Of a stretch of DNA of 64,000 nt, positions 26,506 to 40,256 are shown one piece after another. Both the position numbers and the translations under genes were made by a program. The DNA comes from Octopus vulgaris (lineage: Eukaryota): positions 80,538,001-80,602,000 of the forward strand of contig OX597816.1 in NCBI GenBank assembly GCA_951406725.2, written 5' to 3'. Within the stretch, counting starts at the first letter, position 1, and each line of letters begins with the position of its first letter. The notes below the pieces were generated by a model that was not told where the DNA came from, did not search any database, and saw only the letters and a list, made by a program, of their open reading frames with translations.

Positions 26506-28684
26506 CTATAATAACTCATAATAATGATTTTTATACTTCTTAATTCCACCTCAAATCATATATTTGTATGTATATATCTTTATTCTCATAAAAATCAAGA
26601 CATTACCTTTATACCTAATATGCATTTTCTTTCTTTCTTTTTATTTTTATCTTAATTTATACCACGTGTAGTCTTTTTTCTTTGAAACCTGTTCTTATTA
26701 TACTCACACACACATACACACACATATATATATATATGTATGTGTGTGTGTGTGTATGTATATACTACATTAATTAAGCTTATCTCTAATAAAGTTTCGA
26801 TCTAAATTCTTAATTATAACTTAACTAAATATTTAAAAATATATTCTTTATAATTATGAACTCCCAGTTCAATTTTGTAATCTGAGATACATGTATAAAT
26901 CATAAAACATCATTCCCACTGAATCAAAACTAGAAATATTATGTACATGTGTGTGTATGTGTGTATGTTTATGCGTACATACATATATATACATACACAA
27001 ATATACACACATACATATATATATACATACATGCACACATACATATACACACACATACATACTTGTAGGACATGTTGCTAGTGTTGCATATGTTACCGAA
27101 CTAACTATCGTCCATTGGCTAAAATTGCAAGTAGGCAGAATTACGAAAAAGAAGCAAAATCTAATCAATGACTGGAATCGAATGTCTCAGACTTTACCAA
27201 CCAAGGATAACTTGGGACCTACAACCTCATTACAACTCTTCTACAGCCCAATCAAAAAAGAACAAAAGAATTTAAAGCTGAGAGCTAAATATCGACATTT
27301 GGTTTAATATTAAATTCAGGTAGACTCTTCATTTCACTTCTCTCTAGATACTTCTGACTGAGTCGAGATGATTTTCGCTGTTAATTTACACCCATGACTT
27401 TCGTTTTCTAATTTGCTTAGACTTAACGAAGAAAGAATTGAAGATTTATTAACACACTTGACTCTCTTCTTAGATTTTAATTTCCTGTCTTATAAATCAC
27501 ACTGAGTGAGTAAATATGATATTTGGAAGTAGATGTCGCCTCGTATCAGATTGACGGCTCAGAGGTTGTAAGCTCAAATTAGCAGTAATTGTTTTGTTGT
27601 ACATCTGAGTAGCATACCTAATTCTATATTACTTTGATTCATTAAATATTAGATGGACATAGAAACTTCATATTCCTGGTGAAGTTACATAAAATAACAC
27701 AAATACACAAATTATAAAACAATAAATATTCCCTCGTAGAAGTGGTATATATTTCATCAATTAAACGTAACAAAAGCCTGGAATTAGCACTAAACTAATG
27801 GAATTAATTACTGATAGTAATAAGAAGCAATATATTCGTTTAGCGAAAATCACGGAAAATTTGAAGTGAATTTAATTGTCTGAATAGTCTGTAATGTGCA
27901 TCATTCATGCTAGTACACAATTGTAATCCTCCACCACGCCCCGAAGTTTTTCGTTCATGCATTCTAATGATATATGTGATATGAACTGAAATTACGTCGC
28001 GGAATAACGGCAACAGACGACCCGGAAAGGAAACACTTCCTGGTCATTGCACTGCGAAAAGCGCTATACCTCCTTTAAATCGGAGACCTTAAAAGGTATG
28101 AAAGAACATGTCGGATAACGTAATCTTAAATACATATATATTTTTTTTAATGAACGTTGGGATGTTGATGGTTAAAATGCTTTTGATCAAAAATCTGTTT
28201 TATCAGGACTGAACTAAGGAAAAACTTACAAAAACAGCAATTACTATATAGCATATATAGCATATAAAGCAGGTTCGATGAAGATAATTTTGATTTCTAT
28301 TGACGATGATCCAATTATGAAACTTAAATAATAAATCTAGCTTTAAAAAATCATACAAGATGAATACAAAAGAGAAAGCGAATACATAAAAAACGTATTT
28401 CAAAAATAGTAAAAATACAAGAGTAAAATTTTCAAAGAGAAGTCTAATATAAATGGTTAGATAACACATTATTTTATTGCTGCTATTTTTTTCATCGCAT
28501 ATCGTTTGTTATTTCCGTCTTTTCAAAAGACATAATGTGGTGTGAAGAGGAAAAGCCATTAACAAACTGGATTATATATTTATTATATAAGTGTTTCGAA
28601 AGCGAGTCAAAATCATTCATTTTATATTTTTTGTTTTATATCATCAAAATTACACGAATATATTTATATATTCATATACATATT

Positions 28685-28765
<81 letters not shown>

Positions 28766-28984
28766 ATGTAAGTATGTACGTATAAATGTGTGTATATATC
28801 TATATAAGTGTGCATGTGTATACATATATTCACATTGCATAAATATAATATACATGTATAGGAAATCATACACAAAGACACACATTGTTCACACACACAC
28901 ACATATATGTAATAATACATAAATGAATAAACGCGTGTGCATATATAAGTGTGTGTGTGTGCGAGTGTGTCTGTATGTTCATAA

Positions 28985-30104
28985 TGAAGAAAATGTTTCA
29001 GTGACTGCGGACCCCCCACCAAAGGATAAGTGAAATCCTCAATGCAATACAAAAGTGCTTTCACAACTCCACTGGGACACTTGCAACTACGCCTGACGAG
29101 TCCTTCGACACCAAACCAAGGGGTGGCAACTATCGATTACAACGAAATAGAAGGAACTGATGTAATATCAGCCATTTGTTGAAAGGAGCTTAAACTCAGC
29201 CACTGACACTGTTGGATTCCAGGCACCACGCCACAAAAGAGGTAAAGGAGTCTTAGCAAAAGCTCAATAGATCTTCTTCCAAATCCTCCAAAGATTCCCT
29301 GCAAGTAGTTAGACACCCCAGAAAGTTAAAGGAAAGTATATTATGCTATATCCATAAAGGAAGAAGCAGAGCAGATTCTAAACATTATAGATACCCCGCT
29401 CTCTAACCTCATATACCAACAGTCATAGAAGGAATTGTCAGGAGGAATCTGACCATGTTCCTAGAAGACAGCGATTTGCTCCCTGACATATGACACCTAG
29501 CATGAGACACCTAGCATGACTCCGCTCAGGAACCATGCTAGGTGTCTTGTGCAGCTTCTGAGGCACTATCACCGGGTCTTGGAACAATTTATAATTCTCT
29601 CATATGTGATATATCTTGATTTTGCAAAGTCGTTTGATAAAGTCGATCACGAGGCGAAATGTCACAAGCTACAAGGAGAGGAATTAGTTTGGAAACTAGG
29701 TGAATGTTCACATTACTTCTTAAAACGCAGAAGCCATGCTGCGGTGGCCAAATGTACCCCCTCTAAGGAGACATTAATAGCAACTAGAGTGACCCATAGA
29801 ACTGGACTGGGACCGGTTTTTAACTAACATGCTGACAGTTACAAATGGCGAATGGCTCGATGGCTTCTGAGAACTTCACGAGAAATTATGCTGGTCCTAT
29901 GGAGGACATCTTTCTTTATCTGTCTGGACTACTGCGGTAAGCTTGGTCACCCAGTAGTCTCACATTAATTGCGGAATTCGAGGTAGTTTAGCTGTGCTAC
30001 GCCAGGAAGATTGCATATATGGAGCAATTCAGCTACTTGGAGAGACTGAAAGAAAACAATTACCACCGTACTCCCTGCAGAGAAGACCACAGAGATATGC
30101 AGTG

Positions 30105-30166
<62 letters not shown>

Positions 30167-30300
30167 AAGATCCTTCAAGGGTAGTCACCAAAAATTGGTA
30201 TCGAGAGTTCTACCAGCCCCCGGAACAGGATACCACTGCACTTTTCCAAAGGTACGCTGACATTATCTAGAGTAAGGACCAGGTACTGCAATAGTTTGCG
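28985..30300 (+). mobile_element. Decayed CR1/L2-type LINE RT region
   Basis: IHKGRSRADSKHYR (~29349-29390), IYLDFAKSFDKVDH in ORF 29516-29827, and MLVLWRT...LDYC at ~29888-29935. Many stops and an internal (GT)n. Confidence 0.8.
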
Positions 30301-30479
30301 ATTGTAGGACCGATATATTGGTGGAGGAATGAGTTCAAGAATCAACTTGACATTTTATTGTCCAAGATCCATGTACGTGTGTCTATATGTACAGACATAT
30401 ATAGAGAAATACATAAATACATACATTTATGGTCATTCATATATTCATAACTACATGCTTACAGATAGACATACAGGCA

Positions 30480-30511
<32 letters not shown>

Positions 30512-30982
30512 TCCGTTTCTATATCATATCTCGCTCATATTCATTAATAAATTCATATATTCCAACAGTTTCACACTAAAACATGAATATAACCAGATCC
30601 ATACCAGCCTTATCACCTTTTAGCGCATATTTTCTATACCTGTATTCGAAATTCGCTGATATTTAGTTAGATATGAAATTATTCAACATAATTGTTACTA
30701 TTATTCTCGCAGCAAGAATTTGTTAACAAAATTATTATCTAGCCTCACACACACACACACAAACACAAACATAATACCCACCTACATACATGCATACATA
30801 CATACATACATACATACATACATACATACATACATACATACATACATACATACATACATAGTACATCCATCCAAACATGCATGAATATTTTGGTATATCT
30901 ACAAACGCATACACTGCCACTTACATTCACACTCATCCACTTTCTCTATATTTGCAATTCTACTTAGGCACGTGTGTGTATA

Positions 30983-31015
<33 letters not shown>

Positions 31016-31310
31016 CTGTGTATGTGTGTATATGTGTGTGTGTGTATGCGCGTGTATATATATATGAATACATATACCTTTTTTGATACGTATATAATTC
31101 TATCTCTATCTATCTGGCTCTCTCCCTCTCTCTCTCATTTTCTCTCTCTCTCTCTCTCTCTCTCTAGTTATCTATTAACAAAACTAGATATCTGTTGTTG
31201 ATATTATTTTGTTGATGTTGACGATGATGATGATGACGATGATGATGACGATGATGATGACGATGATGATAGTGTAGTAATCTATGTAGTTAGCTAACAA
31301 TGTGTCTCAG

Positions 31311-31368
<58 letters not shown>

Positions 31369-31987
31369 ATATGTACCTATGTATCTATATAATTATACAC
31401 CACAATATATACGTATATATATATATATGTATGTATATATATATATATATATATTTATCTGTATATCACATACATACTCATACACACACGCAAACACACA
31501 CACATTATCTCTATCACAGCTTGTTGTCCTCTTTACTCTATATCGAACACAATATAATATGATTGCACTCCAGTGGCAAGTGTCATTATAAATCTGTCAG
31601 CGTAGCGAATGACTCAATAACATAACTGATTAGAAATTCTCGACGAACCGTTGTAATTGCTTTATTCCATTTTGATCTATATTTTTGGCTTGTTTCGTTG
31701 CTAAAGCAGCAAAATCATCTGCGGCATGGAATCCATAACCCAAGGTAATCACAATAACGTTAGTAGAGCTACGCTTCCACTGTATGCTGAGTCATGGAAT
31801 CGTCTCTATCTCTATAATCATTCCATTTTCTTCCAGTTGTGAACAACTCATTGGTGAGAGAGAAAAACTTGCTATATATTAACGTTGTGACCTTGATGCC
31901 TCTTTCTGTGAGATTGACTAAGTTGCACGTGATAAGATTAAAGATGCAGTCTTGAATATGAGGAAAAGAGATCAGACAACAGATATC

Positions 31988-32105
31988 TTCTCTTTCCTTT
32001 TACTTGTTTCAATCATTGGACACATCATCATTCCGCACATTTTCCGTCCATCCAGTTCACTCACAAGGTACTGGTCGGCCGAGGCTAGAATAGAAGACAA
32101 CTACT
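31988..32105 (-). mobile_element. SINE family A, internally deleted copy
   Basis: cttttacttgtttcaatcattgga...ccagttcactcacaaggtactggtcggccgaggctagaatagaagaca matches 10735-11040. Confidence 0.65.
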
Positions 32106-32334
32106 CTGCGGCTGCAAAACGAGAGTCTGAAGCCATACATACACTAATTAAAAAGTGAAATAGATGGAATAAAATTATGGGAGAGAGAATAACAAACTCT
32201 AGTAAAGAAGATCGTCACTACTCCATAAGAAATGCAACTAAATCATGCTGCTCCAGCCAAGGTGGAAAATATTTTAATCATATCACTTCATCGGAAGTAG
32301 ACGTGAATTTTACAGCGCTGCATTGCTTATATAA

Positions 32335-32550
32335 GGTTGCGAGTTGGCAGAATCATATCAACACCGGATAAAATGCTTAGCGGCATTTAGTGCGACTTTA
32401 CGTTCTCAATTCAAATACCGTCAGAGTCGAATTTGTCTTTTACCCTTTCTGGATTGATAAAATAAATATCAGTTGGGCACTGGGGTCAATGTAATCGACT
32501 TACCCTCTTCCCCGAAATTGCTGGCCTTGTGCTTCAATTCGAAATCGATA
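32335..32550 (+). mobile_element. SINE family B, near full length
   Basis: gagttggcagaatc...gtcgaatttgtc...gcactggggtcaatgtaatcgact...gctggccttgtgc. Confidence 0.75.
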
Positions 32551-32561
32551 TTTTAGCTTAT

Positions 32562-32592
<31 letters not shown>

Positions 32593-33184
32593 CCTATCTC
32601 TCGCTTTCTTTCTCTGTATCTCCATTTCTCTCTATCTCTCTCGTTCTCTCTCCAGTAAATCTTTACACTCTCTATTTCAATTTCTCTCTCACCCTCTCTT
32701 CCTATACTTACTGATGACTCATTCAATTAATCTATATATCTAGTTATCAATCTATTTTTCTTTCAATATTACTTTCTTTCCTCCTTCCTTTCTCTCTCTC
32801 CCTCTCCCCTCTCTTTCTCTCTCTCTCTGCTTCTATCCTTTTCTCTCAGCCCCATTTATTCTAGTTCAATATTGACTAATCTGCAGTGATATTTTAAAAT
32901 GTTAGCTAAATACGATGAAAACGCATATATTTAAAACTGAAGCACGTGCAAACAAAACACAATATCAAAAACTGAAACATCTGTGACTCTTTTACCAAAG
33001 ACAGAAATAGATGATACATAAATGTAAAACTGCATGTTATTTAATCTTCTGGATGTAATCTTGATATAAGCTTACAGAATGGATTCATTTAGCTAAAACA
33101 TTTAAACTGAGTTACTTTTCTACGAAGTGAAGGCATTTTTTTTTCTCCTTTGATGCATTTGTGTGTTTAAAAGAAGTGACTCTA

Positions 33185-33330
33185 GTATGGCAGTGTGTTT
33201 AAGAAGTCTCGAAACAGAGTTCGATTCCACTATACAGCACTTTGGGCAATGTCTTCTGTCGTTTTGCTTTGAGGTGATCAATAATTTATGCGTAGAATTT
33301 GCTCGTCGGAAACACTGATACAGCTTGTGT
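33185..33330 (+). mobile_element. Degraded SINE family A head
   Basis: tggcagtgtgtttaagaag...gagttcgattccact...ctttgggcaatgtcttctg. Confidence 0.55.
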
Positions 33331-35611
33331 ATGTGACGTGATGCGCGTGTGCATTGTTTTCTAATTTGACGTTTGAAAAATGACCAAAATGCTGAATGAA
33401 GCTTTTGTTCGGGCGGATTAAGAAAGCCTCATTACTGACGTAATGCGGTCCACACCAGCGAAAATTGACTTGAAATTTGCTTCCCTCTTGATAGTTCTTC
33501 TTGAATTATGTCTATGAGTCGTGAGGGAAAAATAGAAGTAGAAGGAAATTGATATCTTTACCCAAAATTTAAGAGACAATAATAACTTTTGTATTCTTGA
33601 CGACTTCTTCAAAGCCATAACACCGCTCCTGTTAAATTATAATCCTCCACCACACTTTTAAATTCCTTGAACGTTAGTTTCTTTGAATTTCCATATTTGT
33701 AATCCTAGCTGTGTCGCTGCACATGCTAACCACACCCTTACTGGTATAAATTCCACAGTTTACATGAAAGTTTGGTAACGATGCTCTTCACAATCCTTCA
33801 AGATTTCCCCAAACATTTTCTAAGCACGGTTTCCAAACCAGCAGTTCTTAATTTTAATCCTTTCAATTAAACTTTATTTTGAGGTGCCATTCTCCATACT
33901 TGAGGATGTGTTACATAATTGTGCGGGGATTCCCCTCCTTTATTTTCTCTTTCCCCTTCATTTCCTCTTTCTTTTAGTTCTTCCACCTTAGATTTTAGGT
34001 ATCTCCACCCTCAATCTTTGACACTTTATTTGTGAGGTTTATTTCTAAATTTCATTTCGCAGGTCTTTAATCTTTTAACCACTAATCGTTCACGCGGCGT
34101 CATTCATTTCCGACTAACTGATGTATCGGTCCCAGATTTTATGCTTTTCTAAGATACATAATTGAACGCCCGATTGTTACTCACCTCCGTCCCTCAAATT
34201 AGTTATCGTTATTGTTCCTCCCTCTACCCTTAAGTTACACTTCTAATTTGCCTTGCTGCTTTCCCTTTTCGTTTCATTTTACTCCTTCCTTAACTCAACC
34301 TAACATTCCGTCATCATCCACAGCCCAGTCGTTTCGTTATATGGTACTTTCACCTTGGAACAGTTTTGCTACAGCAGAGGTGGTAATACTTCACATCACT
34401 TGATTGTTCGATTCACACTTTAAACTTATATCCAAACTTATTATTTTGTAGACCTAAAACCTATTGTAATTGCCTCCTGTAAATTTTTCATTTTCTTCAT
34501 TTCTACCGAATACATAATTATTCTCCATCTTTCGATACAGTATTCTTAATTAACGAGATTACTGATTAGCTAACGAATAACTTATTTCTAAGCTTTTGTT
34601 TACTTAATACATCATCATGCTAAAATGTAATATTATTTTATTTATTAGTTAACTAGTCCCAACGAACTGCGAGAATTCTTTTTCCCTTTATATTTCATTC
34701 TTTTTTTCTTTATTTTACATTTATTGTATTTTCATTTATCTCCTTCTCCCACTCCTCAGCATATGGAGTCGAGGGATCCTGATGCATTTGTCTCCTATCG
34801 TCCATCAATCCACCTTAACAGACTCTAGTGGAATGAATATCAAGCAATCGTTCACATTTATTATCTGTATAGTTATCACCGTTAAAACCCTTTATGGCTT
34901 GCTTTAAAATTTTATTGCCAGTAACTTCTTCCTTCAACTACCCCACCCCTACACTCCAGCATATTGTTTTACCCTTACATGTACTTATTTTTTTTCCCAT
35001 CCACATTATTAACGCTGCTACTACCATCACCATAACATCATTATCATTACTGAAGTTGATATCATTACTATTGTTTGTTTCTTTATCACCTCATTAGTAT
35101 TAGTACTATGTTTGATCATGCTTTTAGCGTTCCTCTAGGTTACTATAAATGAAATCGTACATTTCCCTCGTTGGCTAAATAAAAATGGTACATTATCATC
35201 ATCATCTTATAATGACTTTGCTTGTCATTGGGTTACTTAGCCCGTTGGTAACACTTTAACGTGATTAGATAATAAGAGGGAGAGAGAAAAATAGGGAAGG
35301 AGAAAAAGAGGGAGAGATAAGTGTCGATAACGTGAAGTTATCAAATGATTAATTGAAGGGAAATAGAGGAGAAAGCAAAAGGAGAGAGAAAAAGTGGATA
35401 GGGCGAAGAGAGAGACAGAAAGAGGATGAAAGAAAAAGAGGGATACTACAGAGACAATAGTAACGAATATTGTGCTAAATTCTATATTTTAACTGATATG
35501 TGTGTGTGTGTGCCTGTGTGTATCTATGTGTGTGTGTATGAATGTATGTATGAATATATGTAGCTATGTGTATATGTACAGATACACATGTATATGCTTA
35601 AAAACATGTGA

Positions 35612-35937
35612 AGATGTATGGCTCAGTGGTTAAAGCGTCGGGCTCACGATCATCAGATAGTGAGTTCAGTTCCCGGACCGGTCTGCATGTCATGTTCTTG
35701 AGCAAGAGACTTTATTTCACTCATCTGTAGAAATGAATTGCGACGTCACAGGTGTGAGGCTGTATCCGCCTTTGTCTTTCCCTTGGATAACATCGGTGGC
35801 GTTGCATAGGGGAATCTGGCATGCATGGGCGGCTGCTGGTCTTCCATAAACAACCTTGTCCAGATTTGTGCCTCGGACGGGAAATTTCTCGGTGTGATCC
35901 CAAGGTCATTCATGACCGAAGGGGGTCTTTACTCTTT
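35612..35937 (+). mobile_element. tRNA-derived SINE (family D)
   Basis: A box tggctcagtgg and B box gagttcagttcc, then a cttgagcaagagactttatttcac core. GC-rich body with a ctttactcttta tail. Confidence 0.75.
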
Positions 35938-37844
35938 ATACATGTATAGAAACCCTCACACACACACACACACATTGATCGCTTCCTTTCGGAAGCGATA
36001 GGTGTGGCAGTCAATGTAAGCTTTCGCGAGCCAACACAATTTCTATTTTCATTCTCCTTAAAAGTGCTTAGAAAATTCAAACTGAAACAAATATTCTAAT
36101 TTTAATGGGCAAAGACCTTAGAGCAAGATAAAAAGCGCTGGTGAACCAAATTCTGTAAATAAGTTTCTGTTTCAGGTTGAAAATTATTTTACTAATTTAC
36201 GACACAAACTTACTTTAAAAAGGCATGAAGACAGTTTGTCCCTTCTAAAAAATGTTTCTTTTTTGTTACAACTGCAAAGGAGTTTTTTCTTTTCATTCTT
36301 GCCAACAGTAGCGCAGTGAGTTCACTTTTAGTTCTCAGTATCTGTTTTTGAACAAGGCAAGTTAACAAAAGATTAGCTGTGCTTTAGCTCCTGGTGCAAC
36401 TATTTTTGCCACTGCCGTTACTAGAGTTGCTACTACTGATGCTTACAACACTGAGCCGTTTCTACTCTTAAGTACCCATTTGAAGTTATATATACTGGTC
36501 TATTTAAGATGTAACTGTCTTCTTTATCAAAGACACATGATATTCAGATTCTTGGGTGATGGGTCAGAATCATTGGAAAAATCGGAAAACCTGGATAAAA
36601 TTGATATATACGATATATTATTTCGGTTGAGTAACATAAATGACTGCTTCAGTATCTTTGAGAGATTCTACATTCAATTGAATCATTTCTTCTTGTGATT
36701 TAATTACCAGTTGGTTGCGTTACCGTAACATAATTCCAATGTATACATGTTATAAAGTTATGTTTAATTTGAATGCGATTTCAAAAATATCTCGACCGTT
36801 GTATGTGTAAGGATAGACGGTGTAGCAGTAGAGCGACAAAATAATTGTAAATGATCGTACGAATGATTGAATTTATAGAAAAGAAATTATTTTATAATCA
36901 AATATGTATAAACGCACACAGACACACAAATACACACACATACACACACTCATACGACACACACATATGCGCATATATATATATGTTTCCATGAAAATAT
37001 AAATAGATAATGTTTAAGAATAAGAAAAATCGACTATAAATTAAAGAATTTCTTAACAATTTCATTGAAACGAGAATATTAGAAAGAAATAATTTAGATA
37101 TATTTAATTTATATCCAACTCTTTCAATAGCGTAAAATAATACTGTTACACATGATAAGGTAAAAAAATAAATCAGTAGTAGTAGTGTTAATCTATAAAA
37201 TTATCATCGTCATAATCATCACCATCATCATTCTCAACATCGCTAATAACAGCATCATCATCATCGCTACTTAAGAAATACGTCAATGTTTATTAATCCG
37301 ATTCACTTGAATATAAAGCGACAAATATTGTATTAGACACTGATGGAAGAGAAGTTTGCCGATGGATTCAATGAAACTTTTTAGATAACTTGGTCTACGT
37401 AGTATAACATTTTCACAGGAGAATAACAAATGTCTTTAGAGATGCCACTTCAGCCTGAATTTATTTTATGAAACATTAAGTTTCTGCGATATATGTGTAC
37501 GAAATGTGAAATTATTGAAAACTGGAAACTTCACCTTTATTCATACATACATACATACATACATATGTATGCATGTATGTATACATACATACATACATAC
37601 ATACATACATACATACATACATACATACATACATACATACATACACGTGTGTGCTATCCTTTCTCTTACTTTTTTCTATCCTTAGAGTGCGGCCGTTCTA
37701 TGCGCCGCCTAGAAAGGTTTAATTTAAAAAATGGACCCCAGTACTTATTTTATAAGCCTGCCACTTATTCTGTCAGTCACTTTTGCCGAAACTCTAGATT
37801 ACGAAGACATAAAAAGGAAAGGTCGGTTGTTAAATGGTGGGAGT

Positions 37845-37892
<48 letters not shown>

Positions 37893-39256
37893 CACACAAA
37901 CAAACACACAAGGGTACAAGAGAGTGGCGATATAAATTCATTATAAAGGATTTTCATTTTCAAAAATATATTCTGTGTGCAATTAAATTTAAAAACGAAA
38001 CTCTTGTGTACAAGCACAAAACTCTATACGCATAAATGTGCATATGTACACAAATACATATGATTACATGTGTAAATTAAGCATAATGCTAATGTAATAA
38101 ATTGTCTCTTCGTAGACAAAAAGAGAGCTAAGTGAACTGGTTTTGATCAGAGTATTGTGTATTAAGGACGCCACTATAACACATAAACAATTCAATGGTA
38201 AATATTTTTGCTTTCGATGCTACAATATAACATGAAATAAGTCAATATGCTTTTAACAACCGTTGCGTGCATAATTCAAACATAGAACAGATGTAAATAC
38301 TTGTCTTTATAAGAGGGAAGGTATTGATAGCTGTGAACAGGCGAAAAGCAGCCTGAACGGTTAAAAAGTACTTTGAGAATGATAGGTATAATGGATGCAC
38401 TAAGTAAGATAAGGAGTTGAAAATGTAGATTTTGTGTGCATCATCTCTTGTGAGATGCTGACAACATAAGCTACTTGAAATTCCTTAGTAGCATGCGAAA
38501 TCAAGATATCTCTAGCAATGATTTACCCCTTTTATTTATGGTGGTCTCCCCCTTTAGCTTGTAGAAAAACTGTGATGTATCCTGGCTTTAAAATGCAATC
38601 CTGGTTTAATAACAGATTACCATACCGCAATTGAGCTACATAACCTCTGCAGTGGTTTTTGAAACTTAACTGCAGGTCCTAATAATCATCTGAGAGCACA
38701 CACACATAATGCAGATTATCGGAAGGGTGTAGATTAACAGAGGCGGCTATCATTTGTTTAAAAAATCGATCATCATGTACGTACATATGGATGGATGGGT
38801 GGATGGATGCATGCATACTTGTTTGAATGCATGGATGTATATATGCATATATAAGTATGTATGTACGTAAATATTCGTGATTTCGGTAATTTAAAGATAA
38901 TTGAGATATCAATTAAAAAAAAGAGTAATCAAGTGTGAGGTAGAAATACAATAATACTTGATTAGATTTCTTACGGTATTTTCTCCCACGTCTATCATTA
39001 AATATCATGAAATATTGCTTTTCTAAATGAGATCGTACGTTGTTGAATATAATGAATCTCTTTCAGTCTAATTCCATCGACCACTATGGAATTAAATTTC
39101 GAGCCGCTGTATCATATGAGCTTCATCTGAGTTTATTACCCAGATTCCATTTTTGATTAGAAGAGAATTCACATCTTGTGCAATCTTAATGCTCCTGAAA
39201 AAGCCATGAAGGTCACACAACCTTCTTCATCCTGTGCAAACCCAAGGCTTTGAACC

Positions 39257-39426
39257 AACTTGGGAATAAATTATTTGAATACCAGATGTTTTTTATTTGT
39301 CTGGAATCATATCGAACCAAACTCGAAACTGTTGAATATTAAAATAGAAATTTTGCAATATGTCACGAAGGAAATATTTGCTCTTGTCCTTTGAACAAAA
39401 AAATTAATTAATAGATGAAATAGAGA
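39257..39426 (+). repeat. Long-range inverted repeat, left arm
   Basis: Reverse complement of 42550-42718; 5 mismatches counted in the ~140 bp core. Confidence 0.95.
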
Positions 39427-39599
39427 CGGAAAAAGAGAAAGAGGGAAAACCAAATTAACTCAGAGAGATTATGTGTTCAAATTTGCAAAACTTCTGCCAG
39501 CTTGAGTTTAGACCCTCCGAAATTCAATAAATATCATGAAATAGAGAGGACTAATGTATTGAGAATGACTCATCTAAAAACACTTGCCTTAATATTCAG

Positions 39600-40135
39600 G
39601 CCAAATTTTGGCACAAGGTCTGCAATTTCGCGGGAGTAAGTAAGTCAGTTAGATTGACCCCCACAATTTAACTGGTACTTAATTTAACAACTCCAAAGGA
39701 TAGAAGGCAAAATCGACTTCGGCGAAATTTGAAATCAGAATGTAAAGACGGACGAAATGCCCTAAGCATTTTGCCTGGCGTGCTAACGATTCTGCCAATT
39801 CACCGCTTTAACCTTGTCTTAATATTTCGTCCGCCTGCACGCTCTGAGTTCAAATCCGCCGAGGTCGACTTTGCTTTTTATCATTTTAGGATCGATAACA
39901 TAAGTGACTATTGAGTGCTAGGGTCGATGTAATCGACTTAGCCCCTTTTCCGAAATTTCTAACCTTGTGCCAGAATTTGCAACCAATATTAAAAAGGTTT
40001 AAATCAGTGAGCTGGCAGAATCGTTAGTACACCAAGCAAAATATTTAGCGGCATTTCAACCGTCTTTACATTCTGAGCTCAAGTTCGTTGAGGTCGACTT
40101 TGTCTTTCATCCCTTGGGATCGATAAAATAAGTAC
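39600..40135. mobile_element. Cluster of three SINE family B copies (-, +, +)
   Basis: 39600-39805 on minus; 39825-39990 and 40005-40135 on plus. The first two are head-to-head and mutually complementary. Confidence 0.8.
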
Positions 40136-40230
40136 AATCCTGAAACAACTGCCAAAACCAGGTTGAAATGAGAAGGTACTGATGTTCTTTCAAATAACGA
40201 TGGAGGCATTATGTTAAGATCAGTAAAATG

Positions 40231-40256
40231 ATTTTGTTTTTCTTTTACAGGTAACA
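40231..40256 (+). promoter_or_regulatory. Strong 3' splice acceptor directly followed by a donor-like GTAAC
   Basis: attttgtttttcttttacag|gtaaca. Motif only; there is no transcript evidence. Confidence 0.35.

Larger units (their letters stand above)
25690..26640 (-). mobile_element. 5'-truncated Penelope-like element with inverted pseudo-LTRs
   Basis: Inverted arms at 25690-25868 and 26464-26640 share a 55 bp perfect core. The interior, read on the minus strand, gives EKCGRPNCGTCPH...NFTCDSENLIYVITYYIGQTR, a GIY-YIG endonuclease with an internal deletion. Confidence 0.88.

Noticed and set aside
29092-29118. CTGACGA-GTC-cttc-GAC hammerhead half
   Set aside because: It is followed by ACCA rather than GAAA and lies within a CR1-like relic.
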